Source of the DNA: a virus
Taxonomy: Duplodnaviria; Heunggongvirae; Uroviricota; Caudoviricetes
IMG/VR virus record: IMGVR_UViG_2663762648_000013
Direction: 5' to 3' (one strand)
DNA length: 61,430 nucleotides
Shown here in pieces: positions 50,314 through 60,194 of the stretch. How positions within the stretch are numbered: the stretch's first letter is position 1; the number at the start of each line of letters is the position of its first letter. The notes under the pieces are model-generated. The model searched no databases. It worked only from the letters and a program-made list of their open reading frames with translations, and had not been told where the DNA came from. A program made the position numbers and the translations under genes.

Positions 50314-51009
50314 ATGTGTCAGGTATTTGGTGTATCCAGGAGCGGTTATTACAACTGGGTACAGCATGAACCCTCAGACAGAAAACAAAGTGATGAGCGG
50401 CTAAAACTGGAGATTAAGGTGGCACATATCCGCACTCGCGAAACATATGGAACCCGGCGGCTCCAGACGGAGCTGGCAGAGAATGGCATCATCGTTGGTC
50501 GTGACCGACTGGCACGTCTTCGTAAGGAGCTAAGGCTACGCTGTAAGCAGAAACGCAAGTTCAGAGCGACTACGAACTCGAACCACAATCTGCCAGTTGC
50601 GCCAAATCTGCTGAACCAGACGTTCGCTCCTACAGCACCAAATCAGGTCTGGGTGGCGGACCTGACGTATGTTGCCACACAGGAGGGATGGTTGTACCTC
50701 GCTGGCATCAAAGATGTTTATACGTGCGAAATTGTCGGCTACGCCATGGGAGAGCGCATGACAAAAGAGCTGACAGGTAAAGCCCTGTTTATGGCGCTCA
50801 GGAGCCAGCGCCCACCTGCCGGGCTAATCCACCACTCTGATCGAGGTTCACAGTACTGCGCATACGATTACCGGGTCATACAGGAGCAGTCTGGTCTGAA
50901 AACATCAATGTCGCGTAAAGGTAACTGTTACGACAACGCTCCGATGGAAAGCTTCTGGGGAACGCTGAAAAATGAGAGCCTGAGCCACTATCGTTTTAAT
51001 AACCGGGAT
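50314..51009 (+). CDS. IS3-family transposase OrfB (catalytic domain), truncated at N
   Basis: -1 frame relative to orfA; frame is open back to the slippery run. Confidence 0.75.
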
Positions 51010-51010
51010 N

Positions 51011-51635
51011 CCTCATAGTTCAGGTTTGTCAGCATCCCCACGCTGCGCATCGACGCTGTCCGGCGATCAACAATCTGGTGCAGCACCACCTGCTCGTTTT
51101 TCGTCTCGCGCTGAATGCCAATTTCATCAAGAACCAGCAGATCCACTTCGCATAGTTCCCGCAAAAATTTTTCGCCTGACTGCCCATCGTCATAGCTGGC
51201 GTGCAGGGCACTCATAACATCAGCCACGGTAACCACAATCACTGTCTGACCGTCTTTCAGCAGGCGATTCCCGATAGCTGCCGCTAAGTGGTTCTTCCCG
51301 GTACCAGGTTTTCCGCTGAACGCAAAATTTGTACACCCGGTCATCAGTTCATCAGCGATGGATTTCGCCTGACTCAACGCGTATCGCTGCGCTTCGTTCT
51401 GCACCTGGTAATTCGAAAACGAGCATTTGCGGTGCAATGGCTGGATGCCAGAGCGATTCAGAATTTTTTCCACCCGCAACTGACGATTCTGACGGTTGAT
51501 CTCCTCACAACGTTTCTGGCCTTCGGAAAGTTGCCACTCGCGCCACTCCGCTACCGTCTTGAATGGCGCGGTTACATGTGACGGGGCCAGTCTGCGGATA
51601 CGTTCAAGAACGTCGCCTGTCGCAATATTTTTCAT
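51011..51635 (-). CDS. DnaC-like replication protein (YdaV-like), 3' end lost at N 51010
   Basis: ORF 50988-51635 with Walker motifs; follows ydaU. Confidence 0.6.
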
Positions 51636-51641
51636 GGTCAG

Positions 51642-52499
51642 TTACCCCCTGAAGCCTGGCGGGATCGCACTATCCGGTAACGAGACGGTGTTAACCTGTC
51701 GGAGTAACGTCTCAGGTCGAACACCTTTCGGCGCGAACAAGCCCTGGTATTCATTGGCGATGCTGTGTCGAATCACCTGCTCAGGTGAAAAACCCTGCTG
51801 GCGGAATTTTTCCAGCTCCCGTATCGCCCCGTTAGCGCCCTGCTCCGTTCGAATCGGTTTTCGCAATGCCTGGCGAAATTCAACCCACTCACGCCAAAGC
51901 GAGACAGAAATCCAGTTCGGCAAAGCAATATCCAGAGGGTCAAACTTTTTGACACCTCGATTCCCCCGGGGGGGATTTAGGGGGGGATCTGTTTTTAGAT
52001 CTTTATCTGTATCTTTATTAGTTGCCTTTGTGTTGACATCATGTTCAAACACCACTTCAACATCTGTTTGAACACCTGTTAAATTTCTCTCTTGTTTTGT
52101 TTGAACATCTGCTTCCTTTCTGCTTCTTCTGGCCTGAACAGATGCTTTTCCTGCGGCTGATTTTTTGGTTAATTTTTCCCTGACTGATGCCAGATCTTCC
52201 TCAATCCGAAGATGCACCCATTCCTCGCCGTTATCGCAAAAAAACTCCTGCAAGGATGGTTCAACATCAGCCCATCGCTCGTTAGTCAGACGGGCAATTT
52301 TTGCCAGCCTGTTTTTAGGTATTGGCTTTCCTGTTTGCCAGTAATTGAACATCAGCAACAAATACGCACCATGCTCCTCTGCTGACAAATGCATGGTGTC
52401 AGCCAGGTAATCAGCTATGTACAGTTGCATGTATGGTAATGCGGCCATAATTGCCCCGTATGATGCTGCCCGGTGGCTTAGAATAAGCACAAACAGCAT
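51642..52499 (-). CDS. ydaU: replication protein YdaU-like (DUF1376 N-terminus plus DnaT-like C-terminus)
   Basis: 285-aa ORF; position between ydaT-like and DnaC-like genes as in Rac. Confidence 0.75.
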   Translation of the reverse strand: MLFVLILSHRAASYGAIMAALPYMQLYIADYLADTMHLSAEEHGAYLLLMFNYWQTGKPIPKNRLAKIARLTNERWADVEPSLQEFFCDNGEEWVHLRIEEDLASVREKLTKKSAAGKASVQARRSRKEADVQTKQERNLTGVQTDVEVVFEHDVNTKATNKDTDKDLKTDPPLNPPRGNRGVKKFDPLDIALPNWISVSLWREWVEFRQALRKPIRTEQGANGAIRELEKFRQQGFSPEQVIRHSIANEYQGLFAPKGVRPETLLRQVNTVSLPDSAIPPGFRG

Positions 52500-52511
52500 G
52501 GAAACTTTTGC

Positions 52512-52934
52512 TTAATGAACAATGACAGAATCGTCGGAAGACCCGCCGCCGCTGAAATGCGCTTTCCGGTAAACGGCTTGGACTGCATCATCATGCGCAT
52601 CAATTGCCGTACTTAACGCTTCCTGCGCCGCCAGTAATGCACGGCGTTCCAGGGTATCGAAGATGCAGAGTCGGTGACGCAGCTCGCGCGGAAGGATTGC
52701 CAGAATTGCTGGGATCAGCTTCTGAATTTTTTCTCTTTGCGTTTTCGTTTCACCTTTCAACCAACGGTGATAGATATTCTGCTGATTATTCCAGTCCTTG
52801 CCTGGTACCAGGGGCAATTCGCCGCCCCCCTGGCGCAGATATTCTTCAGTAATGGCATTGGCTACCCATGCCTGCCCTTTTTCGGCTGCCAGGGCTAACA
52901 ACACTGACTCGATGTGCTCATGCTTGATTTTCAT
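52512..52934 (-). CDS. ydaT: YdaT-like protein
   Basis: 140-aa ORF downstream of Cro-like gene. Confidence 0.65.
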   Translation of the reverse strand: MKIKHEHIESVLLALAAEKGQAWVANAITEEYLRQGGGELPLVPGKDWNNQQNIYHRWLKGETKTQREKIQKLIPAILAILPRELRHRLCIFDTLERRALLAAQEALSTAIDAHDDAVQAVYRKAHFSGGGSSDDSVIVH

Positions 52935-53185
52935 GAATCAACTCCCATCAGCTTTTTCGTAGTAGTTTTATTTCTGCCAATAGTTAAAATTACATCAGCA
53001 GAAAATAATCCGTTTGATGCATGAGCGATTTTTTCAGCGTAATTTGTTTCGCCGGTATATTCTGTGCGAGGCAATTTTCCGTTATCCATCCATTTGTAGA
53101 TTGCTCTTTGGCTGACACCACAAACGTCGGCCACAACAGAAACGCGAACAGTTTTGATTACATCTTCAAGTGTTTTCTGGTTCAT
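52931..53185 (-). CDS. ydaS: Cro-like HTH regulator (YdaS-like)
   Basis: ORF 52931-53257 trimmed to ATG 53185 preceded by GAGGGTGA; divergent from racR. Confidence 0.6.
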   Translation of the reverse strand: MNQKTLEDVIKTVRVSVVADVCGVSQRAIYKWMDNGKLPRTEYTGETNYAEKIAHASNGLFSADVILTIGRNKTTTKKLMGVDS

Positions 53186-53246
53186 ATCACCCTCACAATG
53201 TGAACTTTGAGTACATGCTATAACAGAACTGACAGTACATTCAAGA

Positions 53247-53684
53247 GTGAATATCATTGAACTTATGGTTCATGAAGATAAAGCGCGTAAAGAGTTCGCC
53301 AGTAGGCTTGCGCTAGCCTGTGAAAACGCTGGTTATGAACAACATGGAAGGCAGGCAGAAATTGCCCGTCGAATGAAATTAACACCAAAAGCGGTTAGCA
53401 AATGGTTTAATGGCGAAACAATTCCTCGCCGAGAGAAATTAAGGGAATTAGCAACACTCATTGGAACAACACCAACCTATCTTTTGGGAGAGGATACAGA
53501 AGAAAGTGGACAGGTACGTTTCTATCAGGAGTTAAATCCAAGACAAAAAATCATCATTGACCTTCTGGACGAGCTCCCTGACAGTGAGACAGATGAACTT
53601 TTAAAAACTCTTGAGGAGAAAAAACAGAAGTACAATGCAATTTACGAAGAGCTAGCACGAAAGAAAAAACAAAAAGCCTCTTAA
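53247..53684 (+). CDS. racR: prophage repressor (RacR-like, XRE-type HTH)
   Basis: 145-aa ORF with HTH (QAEIARRMKLTPKAVSKW), divergently arranged with cro-like gene. Confidence 0.7.
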   Translation: MNIIELMVHEDKARKEFASRLALACENAGYEQHGRQAEIARRMKLTPKAVSKWFNGETIPRREKLRELATLIGTTPTYLLGEDTEESGQVRFYQELNPRQKIIIDLLDELPDSETDELLKTLEEKKQKYNAIYEELARKKKQKAS

Positions 53685-53974
53685 ACCAGCATAAATCCGG
53701 TAGCGTCCCCCTCCGGGTTTGTGCTTCACTTTATCCCATCTCATTTTTTTACACACAAAATGTACTTATAGTACTTTACATCAATGAACACAAAGTACAT
53801 TATATACCTACCAACCCACCCCGCCCCACAGAACGCAGGGCAATACTTCGAGTTACCAGGCAGTGGTCAGGGGTTAAGTAGCCAGCCCGAGGCGTATGAA
53901 CATGACGGCAGGGTTCAGATTTTGCAGTGCAGCAGGTTTCAGTTCCGCCACCCGGCGTTAAGGGGAGAGATAAG

Positions 53975-54109
53975 ATGGTGCATTACGAAGTAGTTCAGTA
54001 TTTGATGGATTGTTGCGGTATCACTTACAACCAGGCTGTGCAGGCTTTACGCAGCAACGACTGGGATCTCTGGCAGGCAGAAGTCGCTATACACAGCAAC
54101 AAGATGTGA
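53975..54109 (+). CDS. ydaG: small Rac protein (YdaG-like, 44 aa)
   Basis: ATG 53975 preceded by AAGGGGAGAG; ORF 53927-54109 in track. Confidence 0.45.
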   Translation: MVHYEVVQYLMDCCGITYNQAVQALRSNDWDLWQAEVAIHSNKM

Positions 54110-54119
54110 GATTCGCAAA

Positions 54120-54275
54120 ATGCAAAAAATCGACCTCGGCAACAACGAATCCCTGGTGTGCGGCGTGTTCCCCAACCAGGATGGAACGTTCACTGCCATG
54201 ACGTATACCAAAAGCAAAACATTTAAAACCGAAACTGGTGCGCGCCGATGGTTGGAGAAGCACACAGTAAGCTAA
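54120..54275 (+). CDS. ydaF: small Rac protein (YdaF-like, 51 aa)
   Basis: Hand-translated MQKIDLGNNESLVCGVF...; weak SD; convergent with sieB. Confidence 0.4.
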   Translation: MQKIDLGNNESLVCGVFPNQDGTFTAMTYTKSKTFKTETGARRWLEKHTVS

Positions 54276-54760
54276 CGATTAAAACGTCTACTCCTGCTGT
54301 TCCAGAATAACTTCATAAAATGGGAGTATTTTTCGGTGACGAGATAATAAGAACAGTTTGCGCTATCACTCTGATGTTGAATGATGCCCTTCCGTTCTAA
54401 TTTTTTCATAACCGGGTTACGGCAAGGAGAAGTGATAATAAGATTTCCTGTTTTAAGGAAATCTTTAAATACAGCGATTTCTTTCTCAGATAAACGAAGC
54501 AATACTCGTTGCTCTGGTAGTAATGAATAATGCTTTTGAATATGTGCTCGCAATCTTGAGAAGGAAATGGCGACCACGAAAGAAAAGGCAAAAACGATAA
54601 TCTGAAAGAGCCAAGGTATTTCAGTATAAGCATTGAATGCGACAGTAAACTCTTTCGGTATCAGCCAGAGAGTGAGACCAAAAATGATAATCGTATACAT
54701 AAGTATTTCGAGTGGCTCGTTAGCAAAAAGTTTCAACAATGGAGTAAATACATCCAACAT
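54272..54760 (-). CDS. sieB: superinfection exclusion protein B
   Basis: ORF 54272-54883 trimmed to internal ATG giving 162 aa (MLDVFTPLLKLFANEPLE...); membrane helices. Confidence 0.8.
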   Translation of the reverse strand: MLDVFTPLLKLFANEPLEILMYTIIIFGLTLWLIPKEFTVAFNAYTEIPWLFQIIVFAFSFVVAISFSRLRAHIQKHYSLLPEQRVLLRLSEKEIAVFKDFLKTGNLIITSPCRNPVMKKLERKGIIQHQSDSANCSYYLVTEKYSHFMKLFWNSRSRRFNR

Positions 54761-55201
54761 ATCAATAACTCTCAACTGTAAGGGTATTGAAATGTTAACA
54801 CAAGCTCTCGCTGTAGGGGTATAGCCGAGACCACCGAAGCCCGGAGGTGGTGAAATAAAACCGGGCACAACACGAAGGCGCATTTCCGATATCCATAAAG
54901 AGTCGGTCTTGTCTGTTAAATTTAAATGGTGGGAGTGCGCCTCCGGTTGTAAATAACGACATTGCTGTGTGTAGTCCTGGCGGCATCAGTTTTTTTCTTG
55001 AAGTTCGGCTGATGTCCGCCCTTTTTAAAGTGAATTTTGTGATGCGGTGAATGCGGCTAAGCGCACGTGGCACAGTTAAAAGTCATGTTAGTCCTTATTG
55101 GTTTGGGTGGGAAAGCCGACTGTAATTGTTAACTGGTTGCAGTCACCTGGAGGCACCAGGCACCGCATCAACAAAGTTCATTTGTAAAAATGGAGATAAT
55201 T

Positions 55202-55423
55202 ATGATTGCACATCACTTCGGAACTGATGAAATACCACGTCAGTGTGTGACTCCTGGCGATTATGTTCTTCATGAAGGCCGGACATATATTGCCTCGGCA
55301 AACAATATTAAAAAGCGAAAACTATATATTCGTAACCTGACCACAAAAACATGCATTACTGACCGCATGATTAAAGTCTTCCTCGGTCGTGATGGTTTAC
55401 CTGTAAAGGCGGAGTCATGGTGA
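55202..55423 (+). CDS. kilR: FtsZ-inhibiting killing protein KilR
   Basis: 73 aa from ATG 55202 ([14 protein letters not shown]...) with GGAG SD. Confidence 0.75.
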   Translation: MIAHHFGTDEIPRQCVTPGDYVLHEGRTYIASANNIKKRKLYIRNLTTKTCITDRMIKVFLGRDGLPVKAESW

Positions 55424-55593
55424 TGACTAAGAAAATAAAATGTGCTTACCACCTTTGCAAAAAAGACGTTGAAGAAAGCAAAGCTATTGAAAGAATGCTT
55501 CACTTCATGCACGGGATTTTATCAAAAGACGAACCGAGAAAATATTGCAGTGAAGCTTGTGCCGAAAAAGACCAGATGGCACATGAACTTTAA
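55423..55593 (+). CDS. ydaE: small Cys-rich protein YdaE-like (56 aa)
   Basis: Hand-translated [14 protein letters not shown]...CSEACAEKDQMAHEL; ATG overlaps kilR stop (TGATG). Confidence 0.55.
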   Translation: MTKKIKCAYHLCKKDVEESKAIERMLHFMHGILSKDEPRKYCSEACAEKDQMAHEL

Positions 55594-55667
55594 TTAATTG
55601 ACTATTCGAAACTGAATTTATGCCAGAAATGGCAGGTATTCGCTCAACCTTAATTAAGGAGAAAAAC

Positions 55668-55943
55668 ATGATTACCAATTATGAAGCCACTGTTGTAACT
55701 ACCGATGACATTGTTCACGAGGTGAATCTGGAAGGAAAGCGCATTGGCTACGTAATTAAAACAGAAAATAAAGAAACCCCATTCACTGTGGTTGATATCG
55801 ATGGTCCATCAGGCAACGTAAAAACACTTGATGAAGGTGTCAAAAAAATGTGCCTGGTGCATATCGGAAAGAATCTGCCCGCAGAAAAAAAAGCCGAATT
55901 TCTGGCAACTCTAATTGCAATGAAATTAAAAGGTGAAATCTGA
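55668..55943 (+). CDS. racC: RacC
   Basis: ORF 55620-55943 trimmed to ATG 55668 preceded by AAGGAG; 91 aa. Confidence 0.65.
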   Translation: MITNYEATVVTTDDIVHEVNLEGKRIGYVIKTENKETPFTVVDIDGPSGNVKTLDEGVKKMCLVHIGKNLPAEKKAEFLATLIAMKLKGEI

Positions 55944-56044
55944 AAGAAATAGCCTGCGTATGGCGCAGGCTATGAACAGTGTGTATCCGGCAAGATCATT
56001 CACTGAACAAAACGAATTTTAATCTGAGTTGAGGTTAAAAAACA

Positions 56045-58645
56045 ATGAGCACAAAACCACTCTTCCTGTTACGGAAAGCGAAAAAATCATCCGGTGAACC
56101 TGACGTCGTCCTGTGGGCAAGCAACGATTTTGAATCGACCTGTGCCACTCTGGACTACCTGATCGTTAAGTCAGGTAAAAAACTGAGCAGCTATTTTAAA
56201 GCTGTTGCCACGAATTTTCCTGTCGTTAATGACCTGCCCGCTGAAGGTGAGATCGATTTTACCTGGAGTGAACGCTATCAACTCAGCAAAGACTCCATGA
56301 CATGGGAACTAAAACCGGGAGCAGCACCAGACAACGCTCACTATCAAGGCAATACCAACGTCAACGGCGAAGACATGACTGAGATTGAGGAGAATATGCT
56401 ACTCCCAATTTCTGGCCAGGAACTGCCCATTCGTTGGCTTGCTCAACACGGCAGCGAAAAACCGGTAACGCACGTTTCACGCGACGGACTCCAGGCATTA
56501 CACATTGCTCGGGCTGAAGAACTACCGGCTGTTACTGCCCTGGCTGTTTCCCACAAAACCAGCCTGCTCGACCCGCTGGAAATTCGCGAACTCCACAAAC
56601 TGGTTCGTGACACTGACAAAGTTTTCCCTAATCCTGGTAATTCAAACCTGGGACTGATAACTGCTTTTTTCGAAGCATACCTGAACGCTGACTACACCGA
56701 TCGAGGACTGCTGACAAAAGAGTGGATGAAGGGTAATCGTGTTTCACACATCACTCGCACGGCTTCCGGTGCTAATGCTGGCGGCGGAAACCTCACCGAT
56801 CGCGGCGAAGGTTTCGTACACGATCTGACGTCACTGGCGCGGGACGTAGCCACTGGCGTACTGGCCCGTTCAATGGATCTGGACATCTATAACCTTCATC
56901 CGGCACACGCTAAACGCATTGAGGAAATTATCGCTGAAAATAAACCGCCCTTTTCTGTTTTCCGCGACAAATTCATCACCATGCCTGGCGGGCTGGATTA
57001 TTCCCGCGCCATCGTGGTTGCGTCCGTAAAAGAAGCACCAATTGGGATCGAGGTCATCCCCGCGCACGTCACTGAATATCTGAACAAAGTACTGACTGAA
57101 ACCGATCATGCCAACCCTGATCCGGAAATCGTGGATATTGCCTGCGGTCGCTCCTCTGCCCCGATGCCGCAGCGAGTAACAGAAGAAGGAAAACAGGATG
57201 ATGAAGAAAAACCGCAACCATCTGGAACAACGGCAGTTGAACAGGGAGAGGCTGAAACAATGGAACCGGACGCAACTGAACATCATCAGGACACGCAGCC
57301 GCTGGATGCTCAGTCACAGGTAAATTCTGTTGATGCGAAATATCAGGAACTGCGGGCAGAACTCCATGAAGCCCGGAAAAACATTCCATCAAAAAATCCT
57401 GTCGATGCCGATAAATTGCTTGCTGCATCACGTGGTGAATTTGTTGACGGAATTAGCGACCCGAACGATCCGAAATGGGTAAAGGGGATCCAGACTCGCG
57501 ATTGTGTGTACCAGAACCAGCCAGAAACGGAAAAAACCAGCCCGGATATGAATCAACCTGAGCCAGTAGTGCAACAGGAACCGGAAATAGCCTGCAATGC
57601 CTGCGGCCAGACTGGCGGGGATAACTGCCCTGACTGTGGTGCGGTGATGGGCGACGCAACATACCAGGAAACATTCGATGAAGAGAGTCAGGTTGAAGCT
57701 AAGGAAAATGATCCGGAGGAAATGGAAGGCGCTGAACATCCGCACAATGAGAATGCTGGCAGCGATCCGCATCGCGATTGCAGTGATGAAACTGGCGAAG
57801 TCGCAGATCCCGTAATCGTAGAAGACATAGAGCCAGGTATTTATTACGGAATTTCGAATGAGAATTACCACGCGGGTCCCGGTGTCAGTAAGTCTCAGCT
57901 CGATGACATTGCTGATACTCCGGCACTGTATTTGTGGCGTAAAAATGCCCCCGTGGACACCACAAAGACAAAAACGCTCGATTTAGGAACCGCTTTCCAC
58001 TGCCGGGTACTTGAGCCGGAAGAATTCAGTAACCGCTTTATCGTAGCACCTGAATTTAACCGCCGGACAAACTCCGGAAAAGAAGAAGAGAAAGCGTTTC
58101 TGAGGGAATGCGCAAGCACAGGAAAAACGGTTATCACTGCCGAAGAAGGCCGGAAAATTGAACTCATGTATCAGAGCGTTATGGCTTTGCCGCTGGGGCA
58201 ATGGCTTGTTGAAAGCGCCGGACACGCTGAATCATCAATTTACTGGGAAGATCCTGAAACAGCAATTTTGTGTCGGTGCCGTCCGGACAAAATTATCCCT
58301 GAATTTCACTGGATCATGGACGTGAAAACTACGGCGGATATTCAACGATTCAAAACCGCTTATTACGACTACCGCTATCACGTTCAGGATGCATTCTACA
58401 GTGACGGTTATGAAGCACAGTTTGGAGTGCAGCCAACTTTCGTTTTTCTGGTTGCCAGCACAACTATTGAATGCGGACGTTATCCGGTTGAAATTTTCAT
58501 GATGGGCGAAGAAGCAAAACTGGCAGGTCAGCTGGAATATCACCGCAATCTGCGAACCCTGGCTGACTGCCTCAATACCGATGAATGGCCAGCTATTAAG
58601 ACGTTATCACTGCCCCGCTGGGCTAAGGAATATGCAAATGACTAA
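56045..58645 (+). CDS. recE: exodeoxyribonuclease VIII (RecE)
   Basis: 866-aa ORF; gene order recE-recT. Confidence 0.9.
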   Translation: MSTKPLFLLRKAKKSSGEPDVVLWASNDFESTCATLDYLIVKSGKKLSSYFKAVATNFPVVNDLPAEGEIDFTWSERYQLSKDSMTWELKPGAAPDNAHYQGNTNVNGEDMTEIEENMLLPISGQELPIRWLAQHGSEKPVTHVSRDGLQALHIARAEELPAVTALAVSHKTSLLDPLEIRELHKLVRDTDKVFPNPGNSNLGLITAFFEAYLNADYTDRGLLTKEWMKGNRVSHITRTASGANAGGGNLTDRGEGFVHDLTSLARDVATGVLARSMDLDIYNLHPAHAKRIEEIIAENKPPFSVFRDKFITMPGGLDYSRAIVVASVKEAPIGIEVIPAHVTEYLNKVLTETDHANPDPEIVDIACGRSSAPMPQRVTEEGKQDDEEKPQPSGTTAVEQGEAETMEPDATEHHQDTQPLDAQSQVNSVDAKYQELRAELHEARKNIPSKNPVDADKLLAASRGEFVDGISDPNDPKWVKGIQTRDCVYQNQPETEKTSPDMNQPEPVVQQEPEIACNACGQTGGDNCPDCGAVMGDATYQETFDEESQVEAKENDPEEMEGAEHPHNENAGSDPHRDCSDETGEVADPVIVEDIEPGIYYGISNENYHAGPGVSKSQLDDIADTPALYLWRKNAPVDTTKTKTLDLGTAFHCRVLEPEEFSNRFIVAPEFNRRTNSGKEEEKAFLRECASTGKTVITAEEGRKIELMYQSVMALPLGQWLVESAGHAESSIYWEDPETAILCRCRPDKIIPEFHWIMDVKTTADIQRFKTAYYDYRYHVQDAFYSDGYEAQFGVQPTFVFLVASTTIECGRYPVEIFMMGEEAKLAGQLEYHRNLRTLADCLNTDEWPAIKTLSLPRWAKEYAND

Positions 58646-59447
58646 GCAACCACCAATCGCAAAAGCCGATCTGCAAAAAACTCAGGGAAACCGTGCACCA
58701 GCAGCAATTAAAAATAACGACGTGATTAGTTTTATTAACCAGCCATCAATGAAAGAGCAACTGGCAGCAGCTCTTCCACGCCATATGACGGCTGAACGTA
58801 TGATCCGTATCGCCACCACAGAAATTCGTAAAGTTCCGGCGTTAGGAAACTGTGACACTATGAGTTTTGTCAGTGCAATCGTACAGTGTTCACAGCTCGG
58901 ACTTGAGCCCGGTAGCGCCCTCGGTCATGCATATTTACTGCCTTTTGGTAATAAAAACGAAAAGAGCGGTAAAAAAAACGTTCAGCTAATCATTGGCTAT
59001 CGCGGCATGATTGATCTGGCTCGCCGTTCAGGTCAAATCGCCAGCCTGTCAGCCCGTGTTGTCCGTGAAGGTGACGAGTTTAATTTCGAATTTGGCCTTG
59101 ATGAAAAGTTAATACACCGCCCAGGAGAAAACGAAGATGCCCCTGTTACCCACGTCTATGCTGTCGCAAGACTGAAAGACGGAGGTACTCAGTTTGAAGT
59201 TATGACGCGCAAACAGATTGAGCTGGTGCGCAGCCAGAGTAAAGCTGGTAATAACGGGCCGTGGGTAACTCACTGGGAAGAAATGGCAAAGAAAACGGCT
59301 ATTCGTCGCCTGTTCAAATATCTGCCCGTATCAATTGAGATCCAGCGTGCAGTATCAATGGATGAAAAGGAACCACTGACAATCGATCCTGCAGATTCCT
59401 CTGTATTAACCGGGGAATACAGTGTAATCGATAATTCAGAGGAATAA
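58638..59447 (+). CDS. recT: recombinase RecT
   Basis: ORF 58581-59447 trimmed to ATG 58638 ([13 protein letters not shown]...), overlapping recE stop. Confidence 0.9.
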   Translation: MTKQPPIAKADLQKTQGNRAPAAIKNNDVISFINQPSMKEQLAAALPRHMTAERMIRIATTEIRKVPALGNCDTMSFVSAIVQCSQLGLEPGSALGHAYLLPFGNKNEKSGKKNVQLIIGYRGMIDLARRSGQIASLSARVVREGDEFNFEFGLDEKLIHRPGENEDAPVTHVYAVARLKDGGTQFEVMTRKQIELVRSQSKAGNNGPWVTHWEEMAKKTAIRRLFKYLPVSIEIQRAVSMDEKEPLTIDPADSSVLTGEYSVIDNSEE

Positions 59448-59502
59448 TTCAGCCTGGCGGTGTAATGCACCGCCAACTTGAAATATTTTTATGAGAAAAA
59501 TT

Positions 59503-59652
59503 ATGAGATATGACAATGTTAAACCATGTCCATTTTGTGGTTGTCCATCAGTAACGGTGAAAGCCATTTCAGGATATTACCGAGCGAAGTGTAACGGATG
59601 CGAATCCCGAACCGGTTATGGTGGAAGTGAAAAAGAAGCACTCGAACGATGA
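59503..59652 (+). pseudogene. ralR: ralR-like toxin gene with premature in-frame TGA (49 codons)
   Basis: MRYDNVKPCPFCGCPSV...EKEALER then TGA at 59650-59652; the same frame continues ...NKRTTGNNNGGVHV to TAA 59695-59697. Confidence 0.45.
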
Positions 59653-59689
59653 AATAAACGAACCACTGGAAATAATAATGGAGGTGTTC

Positions 59690-59878
59690 ATGTATAAAAT
59701 TACCGCCACTATTGAAAAGGAAGGTGGCACTCCTACTAACTGGACAAGATATTCAAAATCTAAACTAACGAAATCAGAATGCGAAAAAATGCTCTCAGGT
59801 AAAAAAGAAGCAGGCGTTTCCAGAGAGCAGAAAGTAAAACTGATAAATTTTAATTGCGAGAAACTTCAGTCCTCGTGA
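59690..59878 (+). CDS. ydaC: YdaC-like protein (62 aa)
   Basis: ATG 59690 preceded by GGAGGTG; ORF 59618-59878 in track. Confidence 0.6.
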   Translation: MYKITATIEKEGGTPTNWTRYSKSKLTKSECEKMLSGKKEAGVSREQKVKLINFNCEKLQSS

Positions 59879-59977
59879 ATTGCATTGTATTCAAATTAAA
59901 ACTTCATAGCTGATTATTAATAATCAACATCGGGCGTCAATTTAAGTCTAACATTGGCGCCTGCCAGAGGTGATGCG

Positions 59978-60193
59978 ATGGCACAAGTAATCTTTAATGA
60001 AGAGTGGATGGTTGAATACGGCCTGATGCTTCGCACTGGTCTGGGGGCCAGACAAATTGAAGCATACCGCCAGAACTGTTGGGTGGAAGGCTTCCACTTC
60101 AAACGAGTATCTCCTTTAGGGAAGCCAGACAGTAAGCGAGGGATTATCTGGTATAACTATCCAAAGATAAATCAGTTTATCAAAGACTCATGA
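59978..60193 (+). CDS. xisR: excisionase (XisR-like)
   Basis: ORF 59954-60193 trimmed to [10 protein letters not shown]...; directly upstream of integrase. Confidence 0.7.
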   Translation: MAQVIFNEEWMVEYGLMLRTGLGARQIEAYRQNCWVEGFHFKRVSPLGKPDSKRGIIWYNYPKINQFIKDS

Positions 60194-60194
60194 T

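Larger units (their letters stand above)
49912..51009 (+). mobile_element. IS3-family insertion sequence (IS600-like), right end missing (N at 51010)
   Basis: TGAGGTAGCC... left terminus, orfA then orfB in -1 frame with DDE-transposase-like sequence. Confidence 0.7.
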
